A stretch of DNA of 64,000 nucleotides from Clostridia bacterium (GTDB lineage Bacteria; Bacillota; Clostridia; Oscillospirales; CAG-272). The stretch is taken from NCBI GenBank assembly GCA_017456545.1, contig JAFTJE010000033.1, forward strand, positions 3,793 through 67,792, in the 5' to 3' direction. Below the pieces are notes generated by a model. It ran no database searches. It was given only the letters and a program-made list of their open reading frames with translations, and was not told the origin of the DNA. The translations under genes and the position numbers were made by a program. This document shows, in pieces, positions 26,932-37,603 of this stretch. Position 1 is the first letter of the stretch, and the number at the start of each line of letters is the position of its first letter.

Positions 26932-27660
26932 TTAATCGCAGTTTTCCCAGTTGTGGTAAACCTCTGTTACATCATCATTATCCTCAAGATGCTCAATAAG
27001 TAAATTCATATACTTAATATCATCCTCGTTGTCGAGTGTAACATATGTGGAGGGAATCTTATCATGCTCTGCAGATACATACTTAAAACCGGCCTTTTCA
27101 ATATCTGCCGCAACAGCCTCAAGATCATTATCCTCTGTATAAATTATATAAGCCTCGTCATCGGATACGAAATCAGCTGCTCCGGCCTCTAATGAAGCCT
27201 CCATAAGCTCGTCCTCATCATATCCCTCTTCCTTAGATATCATAATTACACCCTTGTCCTCAAAGAGATATCCAACACATCCTGTTGTACCAAGATTTCC
27301 TTTATATTTGCTGAAGTATGAACGGATTTCAGGTGTTGTACGGTTAGTATTGTCGGTTGCTGCAATTACAATTACAGCAACACCGGCAGGACCGTAGCCC
27401 TCATATCTCATTTCCTCAAGTGATGCAGCATCAGAAGAGCTTGCCTTTTTAATTGTTCTTTCGATGTTATCATTAGGAACATTATTTGCCTTTGCTTTTG
27501 TAATAAGCTGAGCAAGCTTTGAGTTAACGGCAGGATCGGGACCACCCTCTTTTACCGCAATAGCCATCTCCTTACCGATTTTTGTGAAGATTTTAGCTCT
27601 CTGAGCATCTGTCTTCTCTTTTTTATGCATTATATTTTTCCATTTGCTATGTCCTGACAT
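26932..27660 (-). CDS. yebC: YebC/PmpR-family DNA-binding regulator
   Basis: MSGHSKWKNIMHKKEKTDAQRAKIFTK matches the canonical YebC N-terminus. Confidence 0.9.
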   Translation of the reverse strand: MSGHSKWKNIMHKKEKTDAQRAKIFTKIGKEMAIAVKEGGPDPAVNSKLAQLITKAKANNVPNDNIERTIKKASSSDAASLEEMRYEGYGPAGVAVIVIAATDNTNRTTPEIRSYFSKYKGNLGTTGCVGYLFEDKGVIMISKEEGYDEDELMEASLEAGAADFVSDDEAYIIYTEDNDLEAVAADIEKAGFKYVSAEHDKIPSTYVTLDNEDDIKYMNLLIEHLEDNDDVTEVYHNWENCD

Positions 27661-27675
27661 AATAACCTCTTGAAA

Positions 27676-29388
27676 TTAAATTTTTTCTGTTTTCTTTATA
27701 CAAATAAGCTCAAATGCAGAGCCTAAAACTGTCTTAACTGCTTTTGTCAAACGAATACGGGTAGCCCTTACAGCTTCATCCTCAGCAGATACAATCTGAC
27801 AGTTGTGATAGAATTTATTAAAAGCTGAGCATACATCAATAATATATCGTGTAATAACTGAAGGCTCGTATTCTTTAATAGCATTTCTTACAGCCTCATT
27901 GAACTTGGAAAGAACCTTAAGAAGCTCTGTTTCCTCACCTGCTGTTAATACGGGAGCTACATTAATATCCATACCGGCAGATTTTTCAAGTATACCGCAG
28001 GTACGGGCGTATGTGTACTGAGCATAGGGACCTGTATTTCCATCAAAGCTCAAAGCATCCTTCATTACAAAGTTGATATCTTTAATTCTATTGTTGTAAA
28101 GGTAATAGAATATTACAGAACCAACACCAACAGCCTCAGCAACATTATCCTTATCGGGTAGTTCAGGGTTCTTCTCATTAATAATTTCCTTAACCTTCTC
28201 TATTGCAGTTGCAAAGAGATCCTTAAGAAGAATTACATTACCTGTTCTTGTTGCAAGCTTTTCTCCGTTTATACTAACAGTGCCATACGGAACATGTACA
28301 AGCTGGTCATACCAATCATAGCCCATTAGCTCAACAACCTTAAACCATTGAGCAAAATGTAAGCTCTGTCCGGCTGATGTAACATATATACATTTATCAA
28401 ATTTATAAGCTTCCTTACGATATACTGCTGCAGCAATGTCTCTTGTAGGATACAAAGTAGAGCCATCCTTTTTAAGAATCAGACAAGGAGGCATATTATA
28501 TTCCTCTAAATCTACAATAGATGCACCCTGGTCAAGCTTTAGAAGATTCATTTCCTTAAGCTTCTCTATCTGTGCAGGCATTTTATCGGTATAAAAGCTT
28601 TCGCCCTTATAGCTGTCAAATTCTATACCAAGCTGATTATAAGTTTTTTTGTATTCTTTGAGACTTATATCAACAAACCACTTCCAAAGTGCAATATTTG
28701 CTTCATCATGATGCTCAAGCTTGGTAAATTCATTTCTTGCTAACTGGTTGAGCTCGGGATTAGCCTCAGCCTCTTCATGGAACTTTACATACAGAGCTAC
28801 AAGCTCATCAACGCCATTTTTTTCAATAGCTTCCTTATCTCCCCACATATTATAAGCTACGATAAGCTTACCAAACTGTGTGCCCCAATCTCCAAGGTAG
28901 TTTATACCAACACATTCATAGCCCTGAAATTGGTGAAGCATTTTGAGTGAATGACCTATGACAGTTGTACCTAAATGTCCAATATGGAATGGCTTAGCAA
29001 CATTGGGAGAGGAATAGTCAAACACAGCAACCTTACCTACTCCGGAGCCATCTGAGCCATATTTTTCCTTTTCATTTTCAATTTTTATCAAAACATTGTC
29101 TACAAGATAAGAGCTGGAAACAAATATATTAAGGTATCCGTTTACAGATTCCACCTTTGATACTACATCGGACTTGAATTCCCTTGCAATCATTTGAGCT
29201 ATAATTGTAGGAGCCTTTCTTAGAATCCTGCTAAGCTTAAAGCAAGGAAAAGCAATGTCGCCAAGATTAGCATCAGGAGGATACTCAAACATACCAAGAA
29301 TATCATTCTCTGTAATTACAGCATCAGGAGAGATGGCTTTTATACAATCAAAAAGATCATTAGATACTGCTTTCTTAAAATTGTTCAT
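27676..29388 (-). CDS. argS: Arginine--tRNA ligase
   Basis: Class I aaRS with HIGH-like motif PFHIGHLGT and an ArgRS anticodon-binding C-terminus. Length is 570 aa. Confidence 0.95.
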   Translation of the reverse strand: MNNFKKAVSNDLFDCIKAISPDAVITENDILGMFEYPPDANLGDIAFPCFKLSRILRKAPTIIAQMIAREFKSDVVSKVESVNGYLNIFVSSSYLVDNVLIKIENEKEKYGSDGSGVGKVAVFDYSSPNVAKPFHIGHLGTTVIGHSLKMLHQFQGYECVGINYLGDWGTQFGKLIVAYNMWGDKEAIEKNGVDELVALYVKFHEEAEANPELNQLARNEFTKLEHHDEANIALWKWFVDISLKEYKKTYNQLGIEFDSYKGESFYTDKMPAQIEKLKEMNLLKLDQGASIVDLEEYNMPPCLILKKDGSTLYPTRDIAAAVYRKEAYKFDKCIYVTSAGQSLHFAQWFKVVELMGYDWYDQLVHVPYGTVSINGEKLATRTGNVILLKDLFATAIEKVKEIINEKNPELPDKDNVAEAVGVGSVIFYYLYNNRIKDINFVMKDALSFDGNTGPYAQYTYARTCGILEKSAGMDINVAPVLTAGEETELLKVLSKFNEAVRNAIKEYEPSVITRYIIDVCSAFNKFYHNCQIVSAEDEAVRATRIRLTKAVKTVLGSAFELICIKKTEKI

Positions 29389-29402
29389 TATAAAATATAC
29401 CT

Positions 29403-30527
29403 TTAGTCTTCGTCAATATTGGAATTATCGCTGTACTTATCAAGTAAAGCATGAATTTTCTTAACGGGGTTAAGAAGATCGCTGATGGAGTTATCCTTGT
29501 TAAGAGTATCGATGATATAGGATACATACTTGCTCATATTAACATTACAATACCATTCTCTGGATAAAACTTCTTCGGGGTGATATGTAAGATTTGTAGC
29601 AAAAATTTTATCAAAAACTCCATCCTTATATGCCTGATCAAATTTGTCAAGACCGTTACAGAAGAGTGCAAATGTTGAGAATACAAATACTCTCTTAGCT
29701 CCTCTCTGCTTAAGCTGCAATGAAACATCAATCATAGAATCACCGGAGGAAATCATATCGTCAACTACAATAACATCCTTACCGTGAAGATCCTTGCCAA
29801 GGTATTCATGAGCCTCAATGGGGTTCTTACCATCAACAATAATGGAGTAATTTCTTCTCTTGTAGAACATACCGAGTTCAATTCCAACAACGGATGCTAT
29901 GTACATAGAACGGCCGATAGCACCCTCATCAGGAGATACAACCATAAGATTGTCTTTATCAAGCTTGATATCGGGAACATTGTTCATAAGAGCCTTAAGC
30001 ATCTGATATGTAGGTCTAACACTGTCAAATCCATTTAGAGGAATAGCGTTCTGCACTCTTGGGTCATGAGCATCAAAGGTAATAATATTGGAAACACCCA
30101 TATTAACAAGCTCCTGAAGTGCAACCGCACAGTCAAGAGATTCCCTTGCAGTACGCTTATGCTGTCTGCCTTCATAAAGCATAGGCATAATTACAGTAAT
30201 TCTCTTTGTTTTACCGCCTGTGGCAGCAATAATACGCTTAAGATCCTGGAAATGGTCATCAGGACTCATAGGAACCTGCATACCGTACATTTTATATGTT
30301 ACGCCATAGTTAAAGCAGTCAGAAATAATGTAAAGATCCAAGCCTCTCATTGACTCATTTACAAGTGCCTTAGCTTCCCCAGAGCCAAATCTGGGGCACA
30401 TTGTATCAGCGATAAATGTGTCTTCCTTTTTTCTCCATCTTTTAAGATATGAATCAACCTGGCTGACAAACTGCTCACAGCCTCTCATTCCAATTACTTT
30501 CAATTCTCCGTTATAATTGTTGTTCAT
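29403..30527 (-). CDS. prs: Ribose-phosphate pyrophosphokinase homologue (long form, 374 aa)
   Basis: Has the PRPP-binding loop VIVVDDMISSGDS and Prs-type N-domain motifs (FGSGEA, DAHDP). It is longer than classical Prs. Confidence 0.75.
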   Translation of the reverse strand: MNNNYNGELKVIGMRGCEQFVSQVDSYLKRWRKKEDTFIADTMCPRFGSGEAKALVNESMRGLDLYIISDCFNYGVTYKMYGMQVPMSPDDHFQDLKRIIAATGGKTKRITVIMPMLYEGRQHKRTARESLDCAVALQELVNMGVSNIITFDAHDPRVQNAIPLNGFDSVRPTYQMLKALMNNVPDIKLDKDNLMVVSPDEGAIGRSMYIASVVGIELGMFYKRRNYSIIVDGKNPIEAHEYLGKDLHGKDVIVVDDMISSGDSMIDVSLQLKQRGAKRVFVFSTFALFCNGLDKFDQAYKDGVFDKIFATNLTYHPEEVLSREWYCNVNMSKYVSYIIDTLNKDNSISDLLNPVKKIHALLDKYSDNSNIDED

Positions 30528-30661
30528 ATGTATCTACCCCCAAAATTAAGTTAATGTCAATTATTTTTATAAATACAGACTATATCTTATCACATTTTCA
30601 ATGACAATAGGTGATTTTTTTGAAAAAAATTAAAAAATCAGTGAATTTTATAAAAGCATTA

Positions 30662-30688
30662 CAAACACCGTCGAAAAAACGGTGTTTG
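30662..30688 (-). terminator. Hairpin downstream of rhaA (probable terminator)
   Basis: The arm caaacaccg pairs with cggtgtttg. The U-tract is weak. Confidence 0.5.
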
Positions 30689-30696
30689 CATAGTAA

Positions 30697-31953
30697 TTAT
30701 CGTTTCAAAAGAACTTCCTTTTCGTAATTCTTAACATCCTTTATCCAATCTGCACCTGTAGGAACACCACATTCATCACAATACTTGTCCCAAACAGCTT
30801 CAAATGGCATTGATTTAAGCTCCTCAAGCCAAGCAAGGCGAGATGTATAATCCATTTCAAGCTCAAATTTCTTAAGCATTTCTGTTGGCTCAAGCATAGC
30901 AAAAAGAAGTGCCTTCTGTATATTGCGTGCACCGATTACCCATGCAGCAATTCTATTGATACTTGCGTCAAAGAAGTCAAGACCTATAAGTATTCTATCC
31001 ATTTCTCCACTTCTAACGATTTCCTGAGCTATTGCTTTAAGCTCATCATCGAATATAACAACATGGTCACTATCCCATCTAACAGGGCGAGAAACATGGA
31101 GCAAAAGTCCTGGTGTAAACTGAAGACCGGTGCTAATTTTGTCAGATATAACCTCAGTAGGATGAAAATGTCCTGCATCAAGAGTGAGATACTGTCCATT
31201 CTTTGCACAGTAACCAAGATAGAAATCATTGGAGCCGATTGTACAGCTTTCTGCACCTATACCGAATACCTTGCCCTCAAGTGCTGCAATATTGTACTTA
31301 GGGTCAACAGGTACCGCAAAAATCTGATTCAAAGAGTCCTCAAGGCGTTTTCTGTATCCGTTTCTATCAACGGGAATATCCTTAAATCCATCGGGAATCC
31401 AGTAGTTACTTGCACAAACCTCACCCATCTCCTTGCCTATGTACTCTGCAATCTTTCTTGTTGCGATTACATGGTCAATCCAGAATTTACGAATCTTCTC
31501 ATCATGATGGCTAAGTGTAAATCCATCAGCAGAATAAGGATGTGAGAAGCATGTGGGGTCGAGATTCAAACCGTATCCTCTCTCCTTTGCCCACTTAATC
31601 CAAACATCATAATGCTCAGGCTTTATCTGATCTCTTGGAACATTCTCTCCCTTATTGTCAAGGTAAATTGCATGGAGACAAAGCTTCTTTTTACCGGGAC
31701 TCATTGAAGCAGCCTTATCAAAGTCAGCCTGGAGCTCCTCTATATTTGTTGCAGCACCGGGATAATCTCCTGTAGTCTGGATACCACCTGTCAAAGGACC
31801 CTTACTTTCAAAGCCCTTTACATCATCTCCCTGCCAGCACTGAATAGAAACAGGAACCTTCTTAAGCTTTTCAATAACAGCATCAGTATCAACGCCTATT
31901 TCAGCGTATGCCGCTTTAGCAATTTCATACATTTTATTCTTCATTTCTGTCAT
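30697..31953 (-). CDS. rhaA: L-rhamnose isomerase
   Basis: RhaA-like protein of 418 aa (VSIQCWQGDDVKGFE, DAGHFHPTE), adjacent to the rhamnulokinase gene. Confidence 0.9.
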   Translation of the reverse strand: MTEMKNKMYEIAKAAYAEIGVDTDAVIEKLKKVPVSIQCWQGDDVKGFESKGPLTGGIQTTGDYPGAATNIEELQADFDKAASMSPGKKKLCLHAIYLDNKGENVPRDQIKPEHYDVWIKWAKERGYGLNLDPTCFSHPYSADGFTLSHHDEKIRKFWIDHVIATRKIAEYIGKEMGEVCASNYWIPDGFKDIPVDRNGYRKRLEDSLNQIFAVPVDPKYNIAALEGKVFGIGAESCTIGSNDFYLGYCAKNGQYLTLDAGHFHPTEVISDKISTGLQFTPGLLLHVSRPVRWDSDHVVIFDDELKAIAQEIVRSGEMDRILIGLDFFDASINRIAAWVIGARNIQKALLFAMLEPTEMLKKFELEMDYTSRLAWLEELKSMPFEAVWDKYCDECGVPTGADWIKDVKNYEKEVLLKR

Positions 31954-31955
31954 AA

Positions 31956-33443
31956 TTAAAATTCCTTTCCACAGATAGCTAAATATCTATTATATGCTTC
32001 ATCCCATGCGTCGGTGTGATGAGGCTCATATACTTTAATTTCAAAGGAGTTTCTTACAACCTCTCTTGCCTCGGCTACATTCTTGATTTCACCGGAGGAA
32101 ATTGCCTGCATTGAAATATTACCAATAGCAGTAGCTTCAACAGGACCTGCATAAACAACTCTGTTTGATGCATCGGCAGCATACTGACAAAGAATAGCCT
32201 CCTTAGTACCTCCACCTACAATATTGATAGAGTTATAGTGCTTACCTGTCATATGCTCAATAGATTCAATTGTCTGTCTATAGCAAAGAACAAGGCTTTC
32301 AAAAATACATCTGACAACCTCACCTATAGTTTCAGGAACATGCTGACCTGTCTTCTTACAAAATTCTCTGATTCTTGAAGGCATATCACCCTGAGGGTTA
32401 AACAACTGATTATTAGGATCGATAAAGCATTGGAACGGCTTTGATTCAAGAGCCTTGGCAGTAAGCTCATCAAAGGATATATCAAGTCCCTCTCGTCTCC
32501 ACTGTCTTCTTGATTCCTGCTCAAGCCAAAGACCCATAATATTTTTTAAGAATCTGATCTTTCTTTCTGCTCCACCCTCATTTGTAAGGTTATAATCCAT
32601 AGATTCTTTAGTAATAACGGGATCGTCGCACTCGACACCCATAAGAGACCAAGTACCACTGCTGATGTAAACAAAATCGTCGCCTTTCTTAGCGGGAACT
32701 GCAATTACAGCACTTGCTGTATCGTGGGCAGCTACATTTACAACATCGGCACCAATCTCACCTATTTCATTTCTTAATCCCTTAGACAACTTACCGATTC
32801 TGTTTCCCGGCATTACAAGGTCACAGAATATATCATTTCTGATACCGAATTTATTAAGCAGGTCAAAGGCTATCTTTCTTTCCTTTGCGTCAATAATTGC
32901 ACCTGTGGAGGCTATTGTATATTCAGTAAGCTTTTCTCCTGTTAGGAAATAGTTAAGAAGATCAGGAACAAACAAAAGCTTGTCTGCGTTATCAACTATG
33001 TATTTTCTGTCACGAAGATCAGCACAAAGCTGATAAAGCGTGTTGAAGTTCATAGTCTGTATTCCTGTAACGGAATATATATCCTTAAAAGGAACCTTAT
33101 TAAACGCATAGGGCTGAATACCGATTGTTCTGTCATCACGGTAATGATAAGGATTAGCCATCAAAACACCGTTTTTATCTATAAAGCTATAATCAACACC
33201 CCATGTATCTATGCCTATGCTCTTTATATCCTTGTCATCGGATAAAATACATTTTGAAATAGAGGATTTAATTTCGTGGAATATTCTTAATATATCCCAG
33301 CAGAAGCTTCCGGAAATGTTAACGGGTTCATTGGGAAAACGGTGGTTTTCTCTAATAGAAAATTTATTACCGTCAAAGGAGCCTACTATTCCTCGTCCAC
33401 TTGAAGCACCGAGGTCAATTGCCAGCATTTTCAATTCAGACAT
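31956..33443 (-). CDS. rhaB: Rhamnulokinase
   Basis: FGGY-family sugar kinase (AIDLGASSGR, GIDTWGVDY, GGGTKE), positioned before rhaA. Confidence 0.9.
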   Translation of the reverse strand: MSELKMLAIDLGASSGRGIVGSFDGNKFSIRENHRFPNEPVNISGSFCWDILRIFHEIKSSISKCILSDDKDIKSIGIDTWGVDYSFIDKNGVLMANPYHYRDDRTIGIQPYAFNKVPFKDIYSVTGIQTMNFNTLYQLCADLRDRKYIVDNADKLLFVPDLLNYFLTGEKLTEYTIASTGAIIDAKERKIAFDLLNKFGIRNDIFCDLVMPGNRIGKLSKGLRNEIGEIGADVVNVAAHDTASAVIAVPAKKGDDFVYISSGTWSLMGVECDDPVITKESMDYNLTNEGGAERKIRFLKNIMGLWLEQESRRQWRREGLDISFDELTAKALESKPFQCFIDPNNQLFNPQGDMPSRIREFCKKTGQHVPETIGEVVRCIFESLVLCYRQTIESIEHMTGKHYNSINIVGGGTKEAILCQYAADASNRVVYAGPVEATAIGNISMQAISSGEIKNVAEAREVVRNSFEIKVYEPHHTDAWDEAYNRYLAICGKEF

Positions 33444-33495
33444 TTTTCAAATTCCTTTCAATAGTGAATTTTGTTTCTTCTAATATTATGCTAAT

Positions 33496-33524
33496 ATTAT
33501 AGCAATACTAAATCATTATTTCAA
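33496..33524 (-). promoter_or_regulatory. Sigma-A-type promoter for rhaBA
   Basis: On the minus strand: TTGAAA, a 17-nt spacer, then TATAAT. It starts 7 nt after the mutS2 stop. Confidence 0.55.
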
Positions 33525-33530
33525 GTACTT

Positions 33531-35903
33531 TTACTTGAATTCTATTACGGTTACGCCAAAATCTCCCTCTCCGAACTCACCGTGTCGATATTTTTTTACT
33601 CTCTGGTCCTTCCTAAAAAATTCCCAAAGGCCTTTTCTTAAAGCTCCTGTACCCTTTCCATGTACTACAGTTACACTTTTAATGCCGGTATACAGTGCCT
33701 CATCAAAGTATTTGTCAATATCTATCCATGCTTCCTCTGTATTCTTTCCTCTTACATCTATCGATAATGAAAAATCCTTTGAAACAATGGCTTTTGTTCT
33801 TTGAGTCGGTTTTTCTTTCTTATTTACACTTTTTTTCTCGGTAACAAGTATAAGGTTTGAAATGTTTGTTTTTGTTTTTGCTATACCTGATTTTACAGTA
33901 ACATTTCCCTGCTTATCCGGATCATCAAGAAGAATTCCCTCTGTTCCAAGATTTTTAAGAATTACACTATCACCTTTAACAAGTGGTCTTGGCAGTACAT
34001 AGTTTTTATCAATATGCTCAACAGGATTATAAATATCATCAGCCTCGTTAAGCCTATTTCTAAGCTCCTTTTTTGCGTCAGCATATGTTCTTGAAAAGTC
34101 CTTGGAATCCTTATCCTTTTGTAGCTTATCAAGCCTATCAAAGATATATTCAGCACTTACCTTGGCTCCGGATATCATCTGCTGAGCTCTTTTAACCATT
34201 TCCTCAGCATCCTTCTCTGCACGGCTAAGCTTTTCATTAAGATTTTTTTCAGCAGATTTTTTGAAGGCTTCAAATTCGTTTTTAAGTCTTGACATCTCTG
34301 CTTTTTCATTTTCGAGAGCTATTCTTGATTCCTCAAGTCTTCCTATAACCGATTCAAAGCTCTTTGAATCATCGGAGGTAAGCTCCATGGCTCTGTTTAC
34401 AATATCCTCCGATATACCAAGCTTAGCGGAAATTAAAAAAGCGTTTGACTTTCCGGGTGCTCCGATTATGAGCTTATATGTTGGCTTAAGTGTATTGATA
34501 TCAAATTCACAGCAGGCATTTGATACATTTTCAGTATTGAGTGCAAAGGCCTTCAACTCTGCATAATGCGTTGTAGCAGCACATAAGCTTTGCTTTTCTA
34601 ATACTTTTTCAAGTATAGATTGTGCAAGTGCGGCACCCTCAATCGGGTCTGTACCGGCTCCAAGTTCATCAAAAAGCACAAGCGAATCCGAGGTTGCTTC
34701 ATTCAGTATTTGTACAATTGATACCATATGAGAGGAAAATGTAGATAATGATTGCTCTATACTTTGCTCATCACCTATATCAGGATATATTCCATCAAAA
34801 ATACAAATTTCTGCCCTATCGGCGGGAAGCTGAAGTCCGGACTGTGCCATAAGTGCAAAAAGTCCCAAGGTTTTAAGAGTAACAGTTTTACCGCCTGTAT
34901 TTGGTCCTGTGATAACAAGCATACAAAATTCGTCGCCTAAATGGATATTAATGGGAATCACCTTTTCCTTTTCCAGCAAAGGATGTCGTGCCCTTTCAAA
35001 TATTACTTTTCTATCATCGCTGATAATTGGCTCAATAGCATTCATCTTATATGCAAGCTCTGAGCAGGCAAAATAAAATGCTATTTCCGTTATATTGCGA
35101 TAGTTGTGATTTAACTGAAGGGCAAAATCAGCAATTTCCGAAGAAAATTCCGCAAGTATTCGTTCAATTTCTGTCTGCTCCTGACCCATAAGAGTACGCA
35201 GCTCATTATTTGCTTCAACAACTGCTATAGGCTCGATAAAAAGTGTTGCTCCTGTTCCTGATGTATCGTGAACTAAGCCCTTAATATCATTCTTGTTTTC
35301 ACTCTTGACAGGAAGAACATATCTTCCGTTTCTCATAGTTACAATAGTATCGCGAAGATGCTTTGAGCTTTCTCCAATTAAAAAACTCTGTAACACTTCT
35401 CTTATTCTATTTGTTTGATATCTGATTTTGCGTCTGATATCTGCCAAAGCAGGACTTGCCTCATCGGCTATAAGGTCCTCCCCTATTATGGCTCTGACAA
35501 TCCTATCCTCGAGGGATTTATTAGGTACAAGAGAATCAAAAAAAACCGTAAGACCACATCTTTGCAAAGCATCAGACTTAATATATTCAATCAATGACCT
35601 TGTTGTATGCAGCACGGAGGCAACATCAAGTATCTCTCTGGGCGATAATACATAATTCTTTTCGGCTTTTTCTATTGAATCAAGTATGTCAGGCATATTT
35701 CCAAATGATGGAGCACCTTTAATTGCCATCATTTTTTTAGCATCTGAAGTAAATCCCTGTCTTCGTCTTACACTGTCAATATTACCCGTCGGCTGTAATG
35801 AAAGTGCTCTTTTTCTTGCACCGTCTGTAGGAGCTACAGAAGCAAGAATGTTAAGTATTTTATCGAACTCTAAAATTCTGTTTGATTTATCAAAATTGTT
35901 CAT
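33531..35903 (-). CDS. mutS2: Endonuclease MutS2
   Basis: Has MutS domain V (GPNTGGKT, DELGAGTDP) and a C-terminal Smr domain (DVRGKNTEEA, HGKGTGALR). Confidence 0.95.
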   Translation of the reverse strand: MNNFDKSNRILEFDKILNILASVAPTDGARKRALSLQPTGNIDSVRRRQGFTSDAKKMMAIKGAPSFGNMPDILDSIEKAEKNYVLSPREILDVASVLHTTRSLIEYIKSDALQRCGLTVFFDSLVPNKSLEDRIVRAIIGEDLIADEASPALADIRRKIRYQTNRIREVLQSFLIGESSKHLRDTIVTMRNGRYVLPVKSENKNDIKGLVHDTSGTGATLFIEPIAVVEANNELRTLMGQEQTEIERILAEFSSEIADFALQLNHNYRNITEIAFYFACSELAYKMNAIEPIISDDRKVIFERARHPLLEKEKVIPINIHLGDEFCMLVITGPNTGGKTVTLKTLGLFALMAQSGLQLPADRAEICIFDGIYPDIGDEQSIEQSLSTFSSHMVSIVQILNEATSDSLVLFDELGAGTDPIEGAALAQSILEKVLEKQSLCAATTHYAELKAFALNTENVSNACCEFDINTLKPTYKLIIGAPGKSNAFLISAKLGISEDIVNRAMELTSDDSKSFESVIGRLEESRIALENEKAEMSRLKNEFEAFKKSAEKNLNEKLSRAEKDAEEMVKRAQQMISGAKVSAEYIFDRLDKLQKDKDSKDFSRTYADAKKELRNRLNEADDIYNPVEHIDKNYVLPRPLVKGDSVILKNLGTEGILLDDPDKQGNVTVKSGIAKTKTNISNLILVTEKKSVNKKEKPTQRTKAIVSKDFSLSIDVRGKNTEEAWIDIDKYFDEALYTGIKSVTVVHGKGTGALRKGLWEFFRKDQRVKKYRHGEFGEGDFGVTVIEFK

Positions 35904-35921
35904 AAAATTCCCTATATGTTT

Positions 35922-36713
35922 TCAAATCATTGATTTATAAAATTCCAAAGAATAAAAGCCTCGTTCAAGTTGATTCAAAAGATATTTTTCACATACTTGA
36001 AAAAACATTTCCTGTTCACTCTCATCAAGTCTAAAAGATAAAAATCTCTCTTGCCTTGAAGTACACACATATCTCATTGCTTGAAGCACTGAATCGCTTA
36101 TAATGGATACCGGACGCTGCATTCCTGTGTCAAAAAATGTATTTTCTGCATTTGTAAAAGATATTTTTTCCATACATTTATTACATACAAAGTTGCCATT
36201 CATAATATCGAGGGTCGCAATAGATGGCAACTCGCATCCACAGTCTCTACAATGAGACAAATCGGGCATAAATCCACATTCTGTAAGAATTCTCAACTCA
36301 AAAGACGCCCTGATAAATTCTAATGATTTTATATCTTTGGCAATTGCATAAAATGTATTGAGTGCTAATCTTAATATACTGATATCTTCTGTTCCCTCTC
36401 GGGACACCTCACACAAAACATCACATACGAAAGTAGCAAGTGAAAGCTTTAATATATCATTTCTAATCTCGTAATAATTCTCTATCAGGTCACTGTCTGT
36501 GATGTAATATAAGTTATTACCCGTTTTTCGCAAATTCAAGGAAGAATAAGCAAATAATTGCGAGGAAGCCATATGTCGGTTTTTAAGACTTTTTACCCCT
36601 TTACCTATTACATAAAGCTTACCGTATTTTTCAGTAAGAACTGTTAGAAGCTTATCGTTATCCTTATGCTCTGTTTCTCTGATAACTAAGCCATTTACTC
36701 TGAAATCAGTCAT
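35922..36713 (-). CDS. recO: DNA repair protein RecO
   Basis: Has an OB-fold N-terminus and a Cys4 zinc motif (CRDCG...CNKC). It sits in the conserved position after era. Confidence 0.85.
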   Translation of the reverse strand: MTDFRVNGLVIRETEHKDNDKLLTVLTEKYGKLYVIGKGVKSLKNRHMASSQLFAYSSLNLRKTGNNLYYITDSDLIENYYEIRNDILKLSLATFVCDVLCEVSREGTEDISILRLALNTFYAIAKDIKSLEFIRASFELRILTECGFMPDLSHCRDCGCELPSIATLDIMNGNFVCNKCMEKISFTNAENTFFDTGMQRPVSIISDSVLQAMRYVCTSRQERFLSFRLDESEQEMFFQVCEKYLLNQLERGFYSLEFYKSMI

Positions 36714-37603
36714 CAGATCTCCTTTTGATTGTATCCAAAGTTATTCAAATTAAATAAATTGTCTCTCCATTTTTCTTTAACCTTAACCCATAGATTAAGA
36801 TAAACCTTTACGCCAAAAAATTTTTCAAGATCCTCTCTGGCATATGAACCGATAGTCTTGAGTGCTTCTCCGTTTTTACCTATAATGATTCCTTTATGAG
36901 AAGCCTTTTCGCAATAAATATCAGCTCTGATTCTGAGAATCTTTCCCTCATCCTTAAACTCTTCTACGGATACAGCTGTACCGTGAGGAATCTCATCATT
37001 GAGGGTTCTTAATATTTTCTCTCTAATTGTCTCTGCAGCTATCATTCTTTCAGGCTGATCAGTAATCATATCCTCGGGGAAAAACCATTCACTCTCCGTT
37101 AAAAATTTTTCACATTCCCGAAGAACTATATCGACACCTTGTCCCTTTGATGCACTGGTGGGAATAACTGCATCAAACTTATATATCGCATCATACTGAG
37201 CAATAGTTTCTGCAAGCTTTACAGGATCTGACATATCGGTTTTATTAAGAACCAAAACTGCAGGAATCTTGTTTGTTACTATCTGTTCAATAATATTCTT
37301 TTCAATTTCACCCGGGGAGTGAAAAGCATCAGCCATTATAATTGCTGCGTCAGATGAGCCTATTGATGAGCTCGATGCCTTAAGCATATAATCTCCGAGC
37401 TTGGTTCTGGGCTTTTGGAATCCCGGAGTATCAAGAAAAACAAATTGATTATCTCCCCTTGTAAGTATACCGGTTATTCTGTTTCTTGTGGTCTGAGGCT
37501 TGGACGATACTATTGCTACCTTTTCACCAAGTATAGCATTAAGTAATGTGGATTTACCAACATTTGGTCTGCCTACAATTGCAATAAAAGCTGTTTTTTT
37601 CAT
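36713..37603 (-). CDS. era: GTPase Era
   Basis: G-motifs GRPNVGKST, DTPG and NKTD, plus a C-terminal KH domain. Confidence 0.95.
   Translation of the reverse strand: MKKTAFIAIVGRPNVGKSTLLNAILGEKVAIVSSKPQTTRNRITGILTRGDNQFVFLDTPGFQKPRTKLGDYMLKASSSSIGSSDAAIIMADAFHSPGEIEKNIIEQIVTNKIPAVLVLNKTDMSDPVKLAETIAQYDAIYKFDAVIPTSASKGQGVDIVLRECEKFLTESEWFFPEDMITDQPERMIAAETIREKILRTLNDEIPHGTAVSVEEFKDEGKILRIRADIYCEKASHKGIIIGKNGEALKTIGSYAREDLEKFFGVKVYLNLWVKVKEKWRDNLFNLNNFGYNQKEI

Noticed and set aside
29389-29402. I looked for a T-box or other leader upstream of argS, and for riboswitches upstream of prs, the NMT1-like ABC operon and the desulfurase gene.
   Set aside because: argS starts 14 nt after prs. The prs and ABC-operon 5' UTRs implied by their promoters are only ~30-50 nt long. 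There is not enough space, and no specifier/T-box or TPP-like conserved cores were seen.
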